Positions 49,496-64,000 are shown, counted from the first letter of the stretch. The stretch: DNA of 64,000 nt from Utricularia gibba (GCA_002189035.1 NEEC01000002.1:1612001-1676000); one strand, 5' to 3'. Made by a program: numbers and translations. The notes: a model not told the origin generated them from the letters alone.

Positions 49496-50781
49496 TTACA
49501 TCATTGGATGGAAAATTCTCAAAATGTCAGCCAAACATAAAGCCTTGATTTGAGGAAAAGGGAAGCAGGGTGCTTCAGAGGGGCCATTGCGTATGATGAA
49601 CTGATGATGCAGCTTCGGAGAGCTGCCCTCGCTGTGTTGGGTCAAGGGAAGCACCTCATTGTAGTCACAGTTCACATTGTGGGATGCTTGTCCCAAACCA
49701 AGTTCAGGTGATGTTAGGCCAACACGATATGAATTTTGGATCCCCTTAAATCCCCATGGTTGGCAGCTGAATTGACTGAGAATTGGTGCATCAGATTCGG
49801 GATGAGTGGAAGTCGGGCCTAGATTGTCATTAAACCAATGGCTCGAAGACGGAATAATTCTCAAGTTCCAGGGCTGGTATGACAGAAGAGAGGGAGCACC
49901 AGTGGAGTCTGAAGCTGCAGTAAGACATTCCTCTGAAGATACTCTGGAAATGGAAAGAGGTTGAGATGTTGAAACTTGTAGATACTCAGATAGGGGAATC
50001 TGTGAGCTGCTGCTATGCCAAATGTTGTCAGGATACACTTGTTTAGTAGCCGCATTCACCCATGAATCTCGTACAGGGAGAGATGTGTACGAGTTCATCA
50101 AGAAACTCCCTGTTTTTCTGTGCTTATCTGCAACGCAAAACAAACATCTCTTGACAAATACTCACTTGAAATGTACACGTGAAGATAGAGCATTTGAATA
50201 TCTCACCTAACAATGAGAGGTTGGGAAATGCAGAGGAGAACAAGGAACCTGGCTGTGGCTTCCTGCGGCGCTCATTGTGACCAGCAAGCCGCCGCCGGCA
50301 GCTCCTTTTCCCTTGGTCAAACTCAGACAACTGATGAAACCTGTAAGAAGCAATTCTGGAGTGAGAAAAACCAAGTCTTGATCTTTCTTTCATCCGTTTA
50401 GAGGAACACATGAGAAGGGTACCTGCTACACTGTTGACAGAACCTTTGCTCAATTCCTGCAACAATCACCTCCGGAGACTTGGAATGAAACCCACAAACT
50501 TTGTGCCTTGAATAGTAAGGCTTAGCACTACTCAGATCTACTTCACAGCCCTGTACTTGACATCTCGGGGGCTGGTTACAGTACAAGAGCTTTGTTCTCC
50601 CTCTTTTGGCCGGAGAAGAGGAAATAGTTTCCAGCGGCGATGAAGACTTGGGGGGCAACCCAGACCCCATACCTTGAAAATACATTTTGCGACCAAATCT
50701 CAAGCCATTAAGAGAATCAGCAGCTGCACCAGAAGATGGGGAAGAAGAAGAAGAAGAAGAGGATGGGGAACCCTTTTCCAT
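49496..50781 (-). CDS. SPL9: SBP-box transcription factor, SPL9/SPL15 clade, 3 exons
   Basis: Exon 50781-50423 has [12 protein letters not shown] and CQVQGC...HKVC...QRFCQQCSR. Exon 50341-50208 has [27 protein letters not shown]. Last exon runs from ~50127 to 49496. Confidence 0.92.
49880..49899 (-). promoter_or_regulatory. miR156 target site in SPL exon 3
   Basis: mRNA GTGCTCCCTCTCTTCTGTCA is complementary to miR156 UGACAGAAGAGAGUGAGCAC except at miRNA position 14. Confidence 0.92.
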
Positions 50782-52554
50782 GGTTATATCCTCCTCCTTT
50801 GGTGCATCAGAACTCCACCTTGTGAAGAACATTTATTGGCAAGGGAAAGAACAATCATGGGGCAATAGTCTACAGCATAGTATTCTCTGCCTAATAAAGC
50901 TGTGGCACCTACCTTTCTTTTTCTACCAATTGAGTTCCTGTCACACTCCCTGGTGGTGTCTCAATAATTTAAACCAGAAGCACCTATCTTTGAAGATCAA
51001 CTGAATGGACAGGAATCGGTTCACTGCTCCCCTCATAGACATCCATACACAATTTGCCTCCTCCAATATCCCATCCCACTAGGCCCTCCATAGTTGGAGC
51101 AAAGTCCCAACTGCCAACGCAGAAGTGGGGTGCCATCCATCTCCCAAAGATGGAAGAAAGAGGAGTCAGGGAACCAAAGTTGGAAGCATTGCAACGCCAC
51201 AATGGGCGTTCAAACAATAACTGCTTTAAAGGCTTTTATCTAGACAAAGGCTGCTGCTTTGTTTTGTAAAGCAAGAACCACCTTTTGCTAGTAGTGCTGG
51301 GATACTCCTACAAAGAATCTCACTCACTCACTCTCTAATGGTACCATACTTGTAGGCCTCATCAATCTTCACCATATCTAATTAAACTTCCACTTGCACA
51401 TCAGCTATGCACTAGATTTTAAATCTGCAAAGCAAATGAAACAAGAACATTAAGCCAAGATCAGTAGCTAATGTGTCCAGGTTGATAGGTTTTGCAGATG
51501 AGATTATCAGGACTTTGAGATTTAAGAACACAAACCAATAAAATAAAGCAACTGTATCTTATTCACTAGATGCCCACAATCCAAAATAATGCCATAATAT
51601 CTGTTGAGTATCTTTCCAACTTTATAACTCCAATGACATACTTTATACTATATAAACTACAATAATTTCATCTGAAATCTTTTTTATTCGAAATTTTTCG
51701 TGAATCTTATCGTTTGAGATTAGAGAACCAGTTAAGGGGAATAACGTTTTTTTATGGATTTGATTTAATATATTTATAATATTCAATATACAGAAATGAT
51801 GAGATTAAATTTATTTATACTAAACCAATGAATTTTGTGTATTATTTGTCTTTAAAAAAAACAATGGAGAAAGGGTATATCGGTCTATTCTTAATCAGGA
51901 AAGAGTAGAAAAGCAGCCAGCTATTTGGCCCAAGGCGTAAAGCTGTTGTGGGTGCCACAAAACGCTGGATGCAGATCTGACGGCCGGGATTTTGCTAACG
52001 TAGATCTGGGGTTCATTTTAGCTGAGCCTTCTCCTCATTTGAAAACCAGTGGTTCGGCGGAGGAACAGTTACTTTTTCCCCGATCACCATTTTTGGAGAC
52101 CCCAGCCGCTCCATCGGAATTACTTACTGAGGTATCGCATTGCGAGGATTCAATTCGCAGTTAGTTTTTGTTGTTTCTGTGTGGCGTGCTGCTTCTCCAT
52201 TTTCTGTTGCGTTTGATCCGTGCGAAGGATCATACATTTATTGGTTTCTGCGGTGGGATCTGGATGCCTCTCTGCATTGTTGCGTTTTGTTCAAGGATCT
52301 ACGCGTTGGTTGTTGTCATTTCATTCGATATTGAGTAATTCATTCTGCATTCGGTGTTTGGTTGGGATCTCCGGATGTGCGTGCCGCCGCATCTTTGTTG
52401 AATTGATTTGTGTTGATTCTTACGCACATCTCGTAGTCTTGGTTCTGTTCATGCCTCATCATATCCATTTTGTTTGTTGTAAGACCTGCTCTGATTTCGT
52501 TTCTCATTTTACAAGAAGATGACGTGTATTTTGCGTGTTTAGAAAACCAAGTAG

Positions 52555-54015
<1,461 letters not shown>

Positions 54016-54320
54016 GCTTACAGCCTGCTTGCAGAATACGGCGAGTCAGGGTGCTTCAGTCGTCCATTTGATTTCTGGTTTCCTACTGCTTTCATATTGT
54101 CATGTTATCCTGGAGCATGACCATGAAATGGTATACTGTTTTCTATCATGTACTCGACATCCTGTGTTTGTTCTGGAGTTTTCAATGAAGGCAAATGCAA
54201 CTTCATCTACTTCCATTTGTTGATTTACTCGAAGCTCAAAATTAGAGGAGGAGAACCTCATTTAGTACTTTTTTGATTCCCTGAAAAAAAAAAACAAAGA
54301 AAACTTACATCGAAACTCAC

Positions 54321-55337
54321 CTTTTATCACCAAAAATGGCTTCAGCTAGTGATGGGAGTTCATTCATGGACTCGGAACTCCAGCTAGTGATATCAGGGGA
54401 AAAGAGACAAGGCATCAATTTGGAGAAGTTCAGGAGTTGAAATAGGTGGCAATTTGTGGTTTCTTGGTTTTCTGCCGACAATGCAATCTCAAAAGTCTCT
54501 TGATCAAACAGTTTTTCCCAGAGGCCACCAGATGCAAAGCATACAAATTTGCCATTCTCTTGTAGATTCTCTCTTGTGAAGTGATACCATCTTAGACCCA
54601 CGTAGAGGGATTTCTCTACTATTGAGACAAGCATCATTCTGATATCTGTGCAACATAAAAAAACAATCAGACAAAGTAGAAAGCCACAGGCGCAAATTCT
54701 GGGAGCAGAAAATGAACATGATGTACGTAAGCAAGCTATATTGTTACCGTATCTGTCGATAACCGGCTCGGAGATGAAACACCAGCCAATGAAAACTCTC
54801 CTTGGTAGTCCTCTTCAAGATCCCCGAACCAGACAATTCCATCCTTTTCTGTGCAAGTTTCTGATGTCCCTTGAACAACCACCTTCAGAAAAGAAACCTG
54901 AAGACACTCGGTACTTCAAGCGCTCTACCTCCTCATCGGAAGACAATGAAGACACTCGCGTAGGAGAATCAAGTCCGAGAAACCTGAGCAAATAAACCGA
55001 ACTATTTTTAATATATATTAAATACTCTGGTTAATTAAAATGGAGGAACCGCACTAAAAATCGAGAAAAATGCTTGGTAATAATAGTAATGGAAATTCCT
55101 ACTAACAATTAAAATGGAGGAAACGCTATTTTTAGAGCATCGGCTAAGATTACTTGGACATGCATGCGACTTTGCCGCGAAACGAGAAGCAGACAACCTC
55201 TGAGGAGCGTTCGATCTTTTCATCATCAATTTCAAGGTCTATCGCCATAGCTTCTTCATCTGCAGGTACGCAGTTCTCCATTCCCATTTCTTCTTCAATT
55301 CCTGGGATCTGGACCTTCCTGTGCTTGATCAAATCCT
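54321..55337 (-). pseudogene. Spliced gene remnant of unassigned family with one in-frame TGA
   Basis: Three segments (55337-55154, 54983-54748, 54645-54321) are bounded by AG/GT sites with matching phases. They join into about 248 codons interrupted only by TGA at 54817-54815. Confidence 0.6.
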
Positions 55338-55658
55338 CTGTAAAAAATTTCATGGTGAGTCTCAAATCTCTGTTGCATTTTCTTCCAAACAGCTTTCATT
55401 TTTCTGCCATTGCATATTCTGTAACCCAAAAAACGGGGCAACAATCTCACCGATACCCAGAAGTTTTATAACTAATCAATCTGGGGGGAAGGTGGCGCCA
55501 AAAAGATATTACTTGCTTTGTTCCCTGTTCCGAGATTTTCATTGCCAAGAATTGCACCTCCTGCATGTCTTGTAGGAACTTCTTCAACTGCTGTGTTGAT
55601 GACTCTGGTTCCCTCAAGGACACAGACCTTCACGGTTCCTGCACCCTAACATAAAATA

Positions 55659-57310
55659 ATGTTGTGCTGTGGAGGTGCCGAAGAGGAACCAAGTGCAGGT
55701 CCTCCGGCTAGCCAACACACTGCCCCGCCAAAGGCCGGGAACACCTACAGTGGCAGAGTGGGGGAGGAGGTATTGCTCAAACTTCTCATCACTTCCAATC
55801 TTTTGCTCTTTCAGAATACCTCATCTTGCAAGGATGATGCGGCTGCTGGTTTTTGAAACCTCAGGTAGCGAAAGGGGGGAGCCAAGGGGCTCGGCTGCTA
55901 GAAGTGGACTGCCCCAGAAAACGCTACAGATCGATATACCTGCTCTGTCTCTGGATGAGCTGAGTAAGCTCACGGGAAATTTTGGGACTAAGGGTTTCAT
56001 AGGAGAAGGCTCTAATGGCAAGGTGTTCCGGGTGAAGTTGAGTAGTGGAGTGGAGACAGCAATCAAGAAACTGGATACCAGTTCAGCATCTGACTCTGCG
56101 GATGACTTTTCTGCTCAGGTATTGCATGCACCTCATTTCATTTGCAAGCCAAGCCCGGAGCTGCTAACACACTTACTTTCTTCTGTTCAGTTGTCCACAG
56201 TTTCCAGGCTCAAGAATGAGCATTTTGTGGGGCTCATAGGCTACTGCCTGGAAGGAAATAACCGAATCCTGGCATACGAGTTTGCAACCATGGGCTCTTT
56301 GCATGATGTCCTACATGGTAACCTCCTTGAACACAAGATAGCAGGCACAAGAACTGAATCGCTCTTCTCTGTTGCTCTCCAGGAAGAAAAGGGGTGGAAA
56401 AAGCAGAACCAGGGCCAGTCCTTGCATGGAACCAACGAGTCAAGATTGCTTATGGTGCTGCAAAAGGCCTAGAGTATCTTCATGAAAAATGCCAACCTTC
56501 GATAGTTCACCGTGACGTGAGATCCAGTAACATCCTGTTGTTCGACGATTTCGTCGCCAAAGTTGCAGACTTCAGTCTTGCGAATCAGTCATCGGATAAT
56601 ACTGCTCGTTTGCATTCAACCAGAGTCCTCGGAACTTTTGGTTACCATGCACCAGAGTCAGTTGGCACACCAACTTCCTAATCTTTTAGCATATGTTGGG
56701 AAGTGATTGATTACCTTCAATAAGTTGAGCCAAAACTGGTGGTAACATTTACCTCTTACGGTCTTCCAGATACGCCATGACAGGGCAGATAACTCAAAAA
56801 AGCGACGTCTACAGCTTCGGGGTTGTGCTTTTGGAGCTTCTGACAGGGAGGAAACCAGTTGATCATACCATGCCGAAGGGGCAGCAGAGCCTGGTTACCT
56901 GGGTTGGTATTTCATGTCTCTTAACTTCATGAGATTTGTGGGATGCTTCTTTTCCTGCGTCCAAATAATGAAACTTGCATCAGGCTACTCCAAGATTGAG
57001 TGAAGACAAGGTGAAGCAATGTGTTGATCCCAAGCTTAATGAAGAATATCCACCCAAGGCTATTGCCAAGGTCAGCACAATGCTCTGCAACTTGCCCTAA
57101 TTCAAAACCAGATCCATGTCTTTCAAAAGTCTATTTAGAAGGATACTGATAGACATCCTGGCTGGTTTGCTGTATGCTTCTCAGATGGCAGCTGTTGCCG
57201 CGCTTTGTGTGCAGTACGAAGCCGACTTTCGTCCAAACATGACCATCGTCACCAAGGCTTTACAACCACTACTCACCTCTAAACCGGCGGCTCCTGAATC
57301 TGGCGCATAA
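55659..57310 (+). CDS. MRI: PTI1-like receptor-like cytoplasmic kinase, MARIS clade, 7 exons
   Basis: [12 protein letters not shown]-terminus; [43 protein letters not shown]; C-terminus [14 protein letters not shown]. The exon 1/2 junction is off by 1 nt with the best splice sites. Confidence 0.9.
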
Positions 57311-58042
57311 CAAAAGACCAGGATCTCGGAGCTGAGTTTGCAATGCTGAAACAGGCTAAACAACGTAGTAACAAATACCAGCAGCGAATTCCTTGAGGAT
57401 TAGATTTTCATGTAAACTGAACGTATTCTTAAAGGAGAAGTAATGTTAGAAAATTCCATGATTTCTAGGTGCTGGAGCATATTAAGATAAAATAGATAAA
57501 ATTGAATGTTTTTTCATAAGTTCAGTAGACGATCACAACTCTGCATTAAGATTTGCTGACCCTTTTATTACCAATGGAAGGATGAGATTTAAACAAAAAA
57601 CTGTTTTAGATGGCCATAAGCTCCGAATAATCCAAGTAGGTTCCAGGTAGATCAACAAACCGAACTAACTGTGGATTCTAAATCAGAAACTTACATAAAA
57701 TCCACAGCCGTTAACTAACCTTCCATTAGCCTGAGACTGAGAGGCTGCAAGCGACCTTGCATGCTGTTAGGCACTCAAACCAATTGACTATGACTTCACT
57801 ATGAGAACAAGGTTGCGAATTACAACGTCTCATACAAAGAGACATACACCAGGAAAAAGTCAAATGATAGAACCATGCATCACATCAACTTCTCTTTTGC
57901 CTATAGAGTCACAAAGTTTTCTCCTTCTCTGGTACAAATCTGCATAGAAAAGGAACATGAATCACACTGACCAAGATGTTCCAGCTAGTAGACATAAGAT
58001 GAAAGGATTTACCAATAAGCAGAGAAGTACAATTACCTATCC

Positions 58043-61000
58043 TCAGCGTCTATTCCTCGGCTTGCAGCGAAACTCAGCTAACAGGGCTATATGATCTGAT
58101 GACCATTCAGGAGAAGGTAGCCCAGTATCTTTTCGCAGGCGATCTTCATCCAATAGCTCCAACAGAGATTCCACAGTTAGGGTATCGGCTGCAAAAAGAA
58201 AATTCGAGTTCATTACCCTACTTTAATAATACCAAAAAACAATATTCTAAAATGTAAACAAAAAGAATAGGATGTTGGCACAGAGCAGAGTTCATTGCAG
58301 TCAAGCTGTACCTGTATAGAATATGTAGTCAGATGTCCCAAGGAAATCTCTCGTGCATTTTGTGAAATGAGGTTCATTGGTAGCAGGATCTGTTTTCTTT
58401 CTCTGCTCCAAGGCAAGAAGACTACAAGCTCTGGCAAAGGATGTGTATGCACTAACCTGGAAAATAACATGACAACATATGAACGACTAATGTAAGAACG
58501 TCTAGACAGCTATTGAAAAAAATAACCATAGTAATCATTTAAATACCAATGGCAACTGATGTGTTAGTTTGGTTGCTGGCCGGACAATACCAAGAGGGTC
58601 CAGATTTAAATCTGGATGAAGGGGATCGACTTTTCCCATGGCAAGTAGAGAATGAGGACCGCTATATTCAAACAAGAAAAAAATACATGATTAATGATCT
58701 AGTAGTGGAACTCGTTCACTGCAAAATTTAGTTCATGAAAAGTCGAATAAATGTACCTTCCAGGGGCTGAATTAAAATCCCCACACAACAACATTGGAAT
58801 ATCAGCGCTTGCGGCAATTTTTTCAAGACCTTTCAGCAATGTATGAACCTAATAGCATGACAAAAGAGCAATACTTACAATGAACAAGACCAAAAAATAA
58901 AATTATTTAAGCAGGAAGCAGTCTTGGCAGATACCTGCCAGATCTTGACGTCCTTCAAATCTTGAGGCACATTTATATGTGTATTTGCCTGGTTCACATA
59001 CATGAAGTGTATATTAATGATAAAATAAAACAGTAAGAGCCCTCTTCATCATAAGTAAACTAGCAAAATGATCTTCAAAAAAACACCAACTATTTTTTTT
59101 TTTTAAAAGGACTACATATAAATACATTGGCAAAGCAGATAGAGTAGACGACCGACGTGATCTATGAATTAATAAAAAATTCAAAGTCAGATATCTAAAG
59201 GACAGCTAATCCTCAGAGCTTTATCAGAAACTATTGTGAAATAATCCATAAACCGTAAACGTGATCAAATCTAAACTGTAACCCATATCTTTCGCTTTTC
59301 AGAGCAGAAAATCTCTTGATAAAAACAGTCAATCTGACAGGGATGACAAGCAACAAGCGTATAAACAATCCATTAAAAACCTTACCACACAGACAAGCTG
59401 GCGCCTCACTGGATTCTCATTACCTTGGTTACTGAACTTGGCTTCAAGAACTACAATCAATGCCACATTATCCTATGAATGCAGAAAACATATCAATAAA
59501 ATGGCCTGACCAAAAAAAAATGGGCCACTGCTGAAAGATCCATAACCACTTACTTTAATCAGTCGATTTAAGGCACTTTTCTTCTGTGTAATTGGAAGTA
59601 ATGCATCAATCAGAGATTGCGCAGCTTTATTAAACTCAACCTGCATCGAACAGTGATTTAGATAATTGATAGCTGATATTTTGGCAACACAAAAGGTACC
59701 ATGTCAACCTCATATTTTTTGACGTGTGAAAATCTATCTCGACGAAAAAAGGTAGCACAACCATCTATAGTATTTGTGTTCCCTGGAACGACCTGCACAG
59801 TAAAAAAACAGAGAGTAGTGAAAACTTGCAAGGATTCAATACCAGTCCAAGAAAGTGTTTTGCCAAACCTCGGTTGTCTTTTTTTTGAATAATGGCTGAT
59901 ATCCGTGCTTATCTAGCTCGGGAGCAAAGAAATCATTGTAGTGGTCACTTTGAACCTGATTCATCGATAAACGGGGCCAAAATTAAAGGCAGAAAAGGGT
60001 GTATTCAGACTCCACTAAACCCGATGCATCTGAAATGTCAAAAAGATCAGCCCCACAATCCAGAGTATAAATGTTTGTCCTTTAAAAATTCCAAAAGGCA
60101 AATTTCTTCAATATGAATAGCTCCGCATAAACAGCAAACACCGACAACTGGTTATATAGCACAGCTTTCGATTTGTATCATAAGTTTCATTATAAGTAGC
60201 CTGATAACTTAAAAAACAACTTTGGAGCTTTGATTTGCACATCATATACCTCTTGAAGGCAAACAATGTCAGCTCGGTAGCTAACTATTTCTCTCAAAAG
60301 ATTTTGCCTGCGGTATGTCCAAGCAAGAGCCCACTGTGGGCAATAGCTATATTGTTCACCCATAGCATAAGTCTCTGATAAAATGTTGTAGGAGAGAACA
60401 GTAAACGTTCCACCAGAAGAAGTACGGGTCTCCATCTCTGGATGCCCGGAAATGTCACTGACAGATACCATTCTCCGTGGTGTAGGTGATGGGGCAGGTA
60501 TTACAGAGGAAGTTGTCAGAAATGTAGGAAGTCCCACAGGTAAGTTTGTTTCAGCATCTACGACAACACACTCAAATTTAAGTGGGTGCCCTATATCATC
60601 AGCTGATGGCGTGTAACTTTTAGAGTGTCCTACTTCAAACCACGTTTCAGCACCATTTCTCTGAGTTATCACAGCTGGATACAAGGCATTGTTGCCATTT
60701 GATAAGCTAAGATTTGGCTGAGATGAACTCACGTTAATAGCACTTGCTGTTGAATTATCATCATCATCTGCCCCATTTGTATTAGCTGCAATGACAGCAC
60801 GCTCATGAAGAACTCGGTGATGCGGCCAAGCATCAGAATAACACTTGCTATTACAATGGTAACTCTTAGAAATAGGTAATTTGGCCTTAATACACATGAG
60901 GCATTGTAATGTAGCCTGCTCTGTTGGGTGCACGCTACAAACTGGTACCTTTTTATCACTTTGTATGCGGTACCTGTACTAAAAACAATACTTAGTGAGA

Positions 61001-61607
61001 AGCATAAAACTCAGGAAGAAAGTTACAATTTCACAAAAAATGACTACATGAAAGTTAAAACTATCATCCGTCCACACAAAAGCAGGCAGTATGGAAACTG
61101 CCATTCAAGACCATACAGAGCGTGTATGATGAAACCGTGCAACCAAATACCTAATATATGACATGAAAACAGTAAAAGTCAAACAAAAGATACATGCCGA
61201 AGCACACTAGATAGTATGTATGCAAACTTATAAAAATATGCAATGCTTCATAAAATTTGAAAAGGAAAAGCGAAAGTAATAAAACCACGAATCAAGAATC
61301 TTCCATTTAATATGCACGGCGACACAGTAACAATTACGAAAAACAATAACAGCGTTGATAAGCGATAGGAAACCCTACGAACACCCAATCGTACATTAAA
61401 ACAAAAAGGGTGATTGAGTGATAGTTGATTAAAACAAGAAAGCACTCACCACTTATATCTCAAGAAAGGACCACGAATAGGCTTCCCCTCAATAGCATCG
61501 CCACCAATAACAGAACCATCAGAACGCTTTACAAGAACATACGGCGTCAATTCGCACCCCACAATCGGTATCTCAGACGGCAGGTGCACCCGATGCACAC
61601 TTAGCAT
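58043..61607 (-). CDS. CCR4: Carbon catabolite repressor 4 homologue (EEP deadenylase), multi-exon
   Basis: MLSVHRVHLPSEIPIVGCELTPYV; VLSYNIL; VCLQEV; DGCATFFRRDRF; ANTHIN; CGDFN; DYIFY; SSDHIALLAEF, with stop at 58043-58045. Junctions in frame. Confidence 0.95.
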
Positions 61608-62791
61608 TTTCCCCCTAACCTGCTTAACCTATATTCCTGGCCGTTCTCCACCCTTGCTATTTCAAACTCAAAGAACGACAGCAACCGAATTTCAATCATC
61701 AACTGCGAATGGACTCACGGCGTATACCGCCGTCACCTGCGCTGACCGCCAATCGCCATCCTTCAAATCGAGAAATGGTTCATGTCAAAGAAGCTTCTGG
61801 AGCGACTCATCAAATGGTGCTTCGATCTTGAAGCGGATACTTGCAGCAAATTTTTCATATCGATATCGATTGGAGAGTTTAGGGTTTTACAGAAGCAGAA
61901 GGAAAAAAAAAAGGCGCTTTAGAGATGACCATGACACACGTCATGGCAGCTTAATCCGCCTATTTATCCATCCAAATCATTTCGTAAATACCTCCGATTC
62001 CTTTTCATTAGTTACCTGTAATTTTAATTTTTAATTTGGAATATAATAAAATCTGTTTGAAATTGTATTAAAAAATATACTATAAATTTAATAAAATTTA
62101 ATATACATTATAAAATTTAATATATTAAATTAACATATAATTTAATTTTATAGCTTATGAATAGTAAAATTTATAATTAATATTTTTTTTAATGATTTTA
62201 TTACGGATAAAGATTAGAATTTTTAAAAATTAAATAAAATCAATTCAAAAAATTATGAAAACCAAATAGGACCTAAAATTTATAAATAAATTATAGCAAA
62301 TTTAATTCATATTAACCTTGTATTTAATAAAAGAATTTAACTATGACTACTAAATCCATTTGTATGTTATCGAATATACGAATCAGTGGGGGTAGAGTGA
62401 GGAACTGGTTAATTGATTTGGGCTGCGCAAATGCCGCTTGGCTCTGAGGATGCTCCACTGAAGAGACGACGGTGCGGCGGCGAGTGGGACAGAGTTTTGT
62501 TCTGAACCCTGCGATGCGGCGATCTGAACATGAAGAAATCAGAAGCCACTGTGCGTCTAGACAAGAGAAGAATGTGAAAGACGAGAAGCAGCACAAGCAA
62601 GTGGGGGGGCCTGCGTCTGCCATATGAAAAAAGAGAGAAACTTGCAATCTATTGCACCAAAACCCAGCAAACATATGGTAGGATTTGAGATTGGATGGGT
62701 TTGAATGCAGGGAAACAAACATATGCTATGTGTACAAGTTATCTATCTGATAATGTTTTCTTCTAGAACACCACACCAGACGGCCCCCGCA

Positions 62792-63259
62792 TCAGAGACT
62801 CAAATCCAAACTCAACCGCTCTTTGCTCCCCGTGGTCTTGCAATGAGCAGTCGCAATCGCCACTACCTTCGGCTTGGAACCGGAGATCGTGCTCATCTGT
62901 TGTCTGCTTCTGATCCAGGGACTATGATAAGCATACGCTACAGGGACACTCGCAGCGTACGGTTCTGAATCAAGATGCATCATCATCCTCTTCGCATGCT
63001 GACGCTCCCTTTTGTGGGCATTCTGGTGGCCTCCCAAGGCTTGCGAAGTTGGGAAGTTTCTGGAACAGTATTGACACTCGAACTTCCTGTAAACCTTGTC
63101 CTTGTTACCTCGTTCTTGATCTTCTTCTTGGATGTACATGTCTGCGGCACATCGGAACTCCTTGCCGAAGAGTTTGATGTTCTTCTTGGGAGGGCGCAGG
63201 AAGGGAAGCTGAGAGAAGGAAGTGATGAAATCACGAGTCTCTGCTTCCGTCCTGTCCAT
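62792..63259 (-). CDS. Single C2H2 QALGGH zinc-finger protein, GIS/ZFP8 clade, 155 aa
   Basis: SFSQLPF and KLFGKEF N-terminal boxes; [27 protein letters not shown]; C-terminal EAR motif LSLDLSL. Confidence 0.92.
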   Translation of the reverse strand: MDRTEAETRDFITSFSQLPFLRPPKKNIKLFGKEFRCAADMYIQEEDQERGNKDKVYRKFECQYCSRNFPTSQALGGHQNAHKRERQHAKRMMMHLDSEPYAASVPVAYAYHSPWIRSRQQMSTISGSKPKVVAIATAHCKTTGSKERLSLDLSL

Positions 63260-64000
63260 AGGATACGATGGAATGAGAAGAAAAGGAAGTGGCTTGCGGT
63301 TGAGGATGAACTGAGCAACCAGAAGATGGAACACAAAACGCACTATTTTAATAAAACACGAGTTGGATGATGATTTTATTTAAAGTGTTACATGTTGAAA
63401 GGCAACTTGATCTCATGCTACATGTATAGAACCGTACGATGGAGTGGATGGATTAGACATTATTGGTAGTAAACAGACAGATGGGAAAAAATGAGAAATA
63501 AAATATTGAGGAATAATGTGATCATGGAATGTGAAGTGTATGTGCATAATAGCGACGCACAAGTGAAATTAATTGTGAAGGTGAATGGTGGGTTCAATAG
63601 GGACAAAATGTGTCCATACAAGTCGCCTCGTGCCGACATGAGGGGACCAAAGCCAACATTTTTAGGACATCATGACTCGGTCCACTTGCTGCGCTGGGTA
63701 CGCTGCAGCCCAAGTGGCGGCGTGTCCTTTTGTATCATGTAACGAGTCTGAATCCGGATTCCATTTTGCCCCATTTGCCATCCTTGAAAAATCACAACAA
63801 TTTGAGAAATTAAAATGAAAGGCCGACGTGGACTGATCTGGACCGTCGATGCATTCTGTTTTCCCAAGGATCCTTGAACTCTTCGTTTCTTTCTTTAGTA
63901 TAGTTTAAATTATTACACCATAAAGTTTATTAGAATCCAATCACAAATTCCTAACCTGTTGGGTTCGATGTCAGATTGGCGTCGACCCTGTCTGAGACAA

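Noticed and set aside
55451-55500. F-box motif (WRHLPP...LVIKLL) at the start of the pseudogene
   Set aside because: It needs both a frameshift and stop read-through to assemble, so it is not supported.

Overview
Gene-dense euchromatic block of a flowering plant (eudicot-type) with about 18 protein-coding genes in 64 kb: ABCA1 (runs off the left edge), an uncharacterised membrane protein, an ~80-aa spliced gene absent from the ORF track, an AN1/C2H2 SAP, SIP2/RS2, NAGK, two PLS-class PPRs, an ankyrin-TZF (OXS2-like), LPAT2, SmD3, CBF5/NAP57, NDUFB11, SPL9-like, actin, MARIS-like PTI1 kinase, CCR4 and a GIS/ZFP8-like zinc finger. I found no rRNA, tRNA, CRISPR array or autonomous transposon, and no new multi-gene system that I can support. 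The most notable observations: (1) a head-to-head inverted partial copy of NDUFB11 just upstream of a PPR gene; (2) five conserved genes whose frames break at or beside short homopolymer runs, most likely assembly errors, one in essential CBF5; (3) a 940-bp Mutator-type MITE with a 9-bp TSD, whose right copy runs into a (CATA)n microsatellite upstream of SIP2; (4) an unassigned spliced pseudogene between actin and MARIS; (5) a candidate secreted-peptide gene visible only if one base is added to a G7 run. Homology statements come from remembered family sequences, not from database searches.
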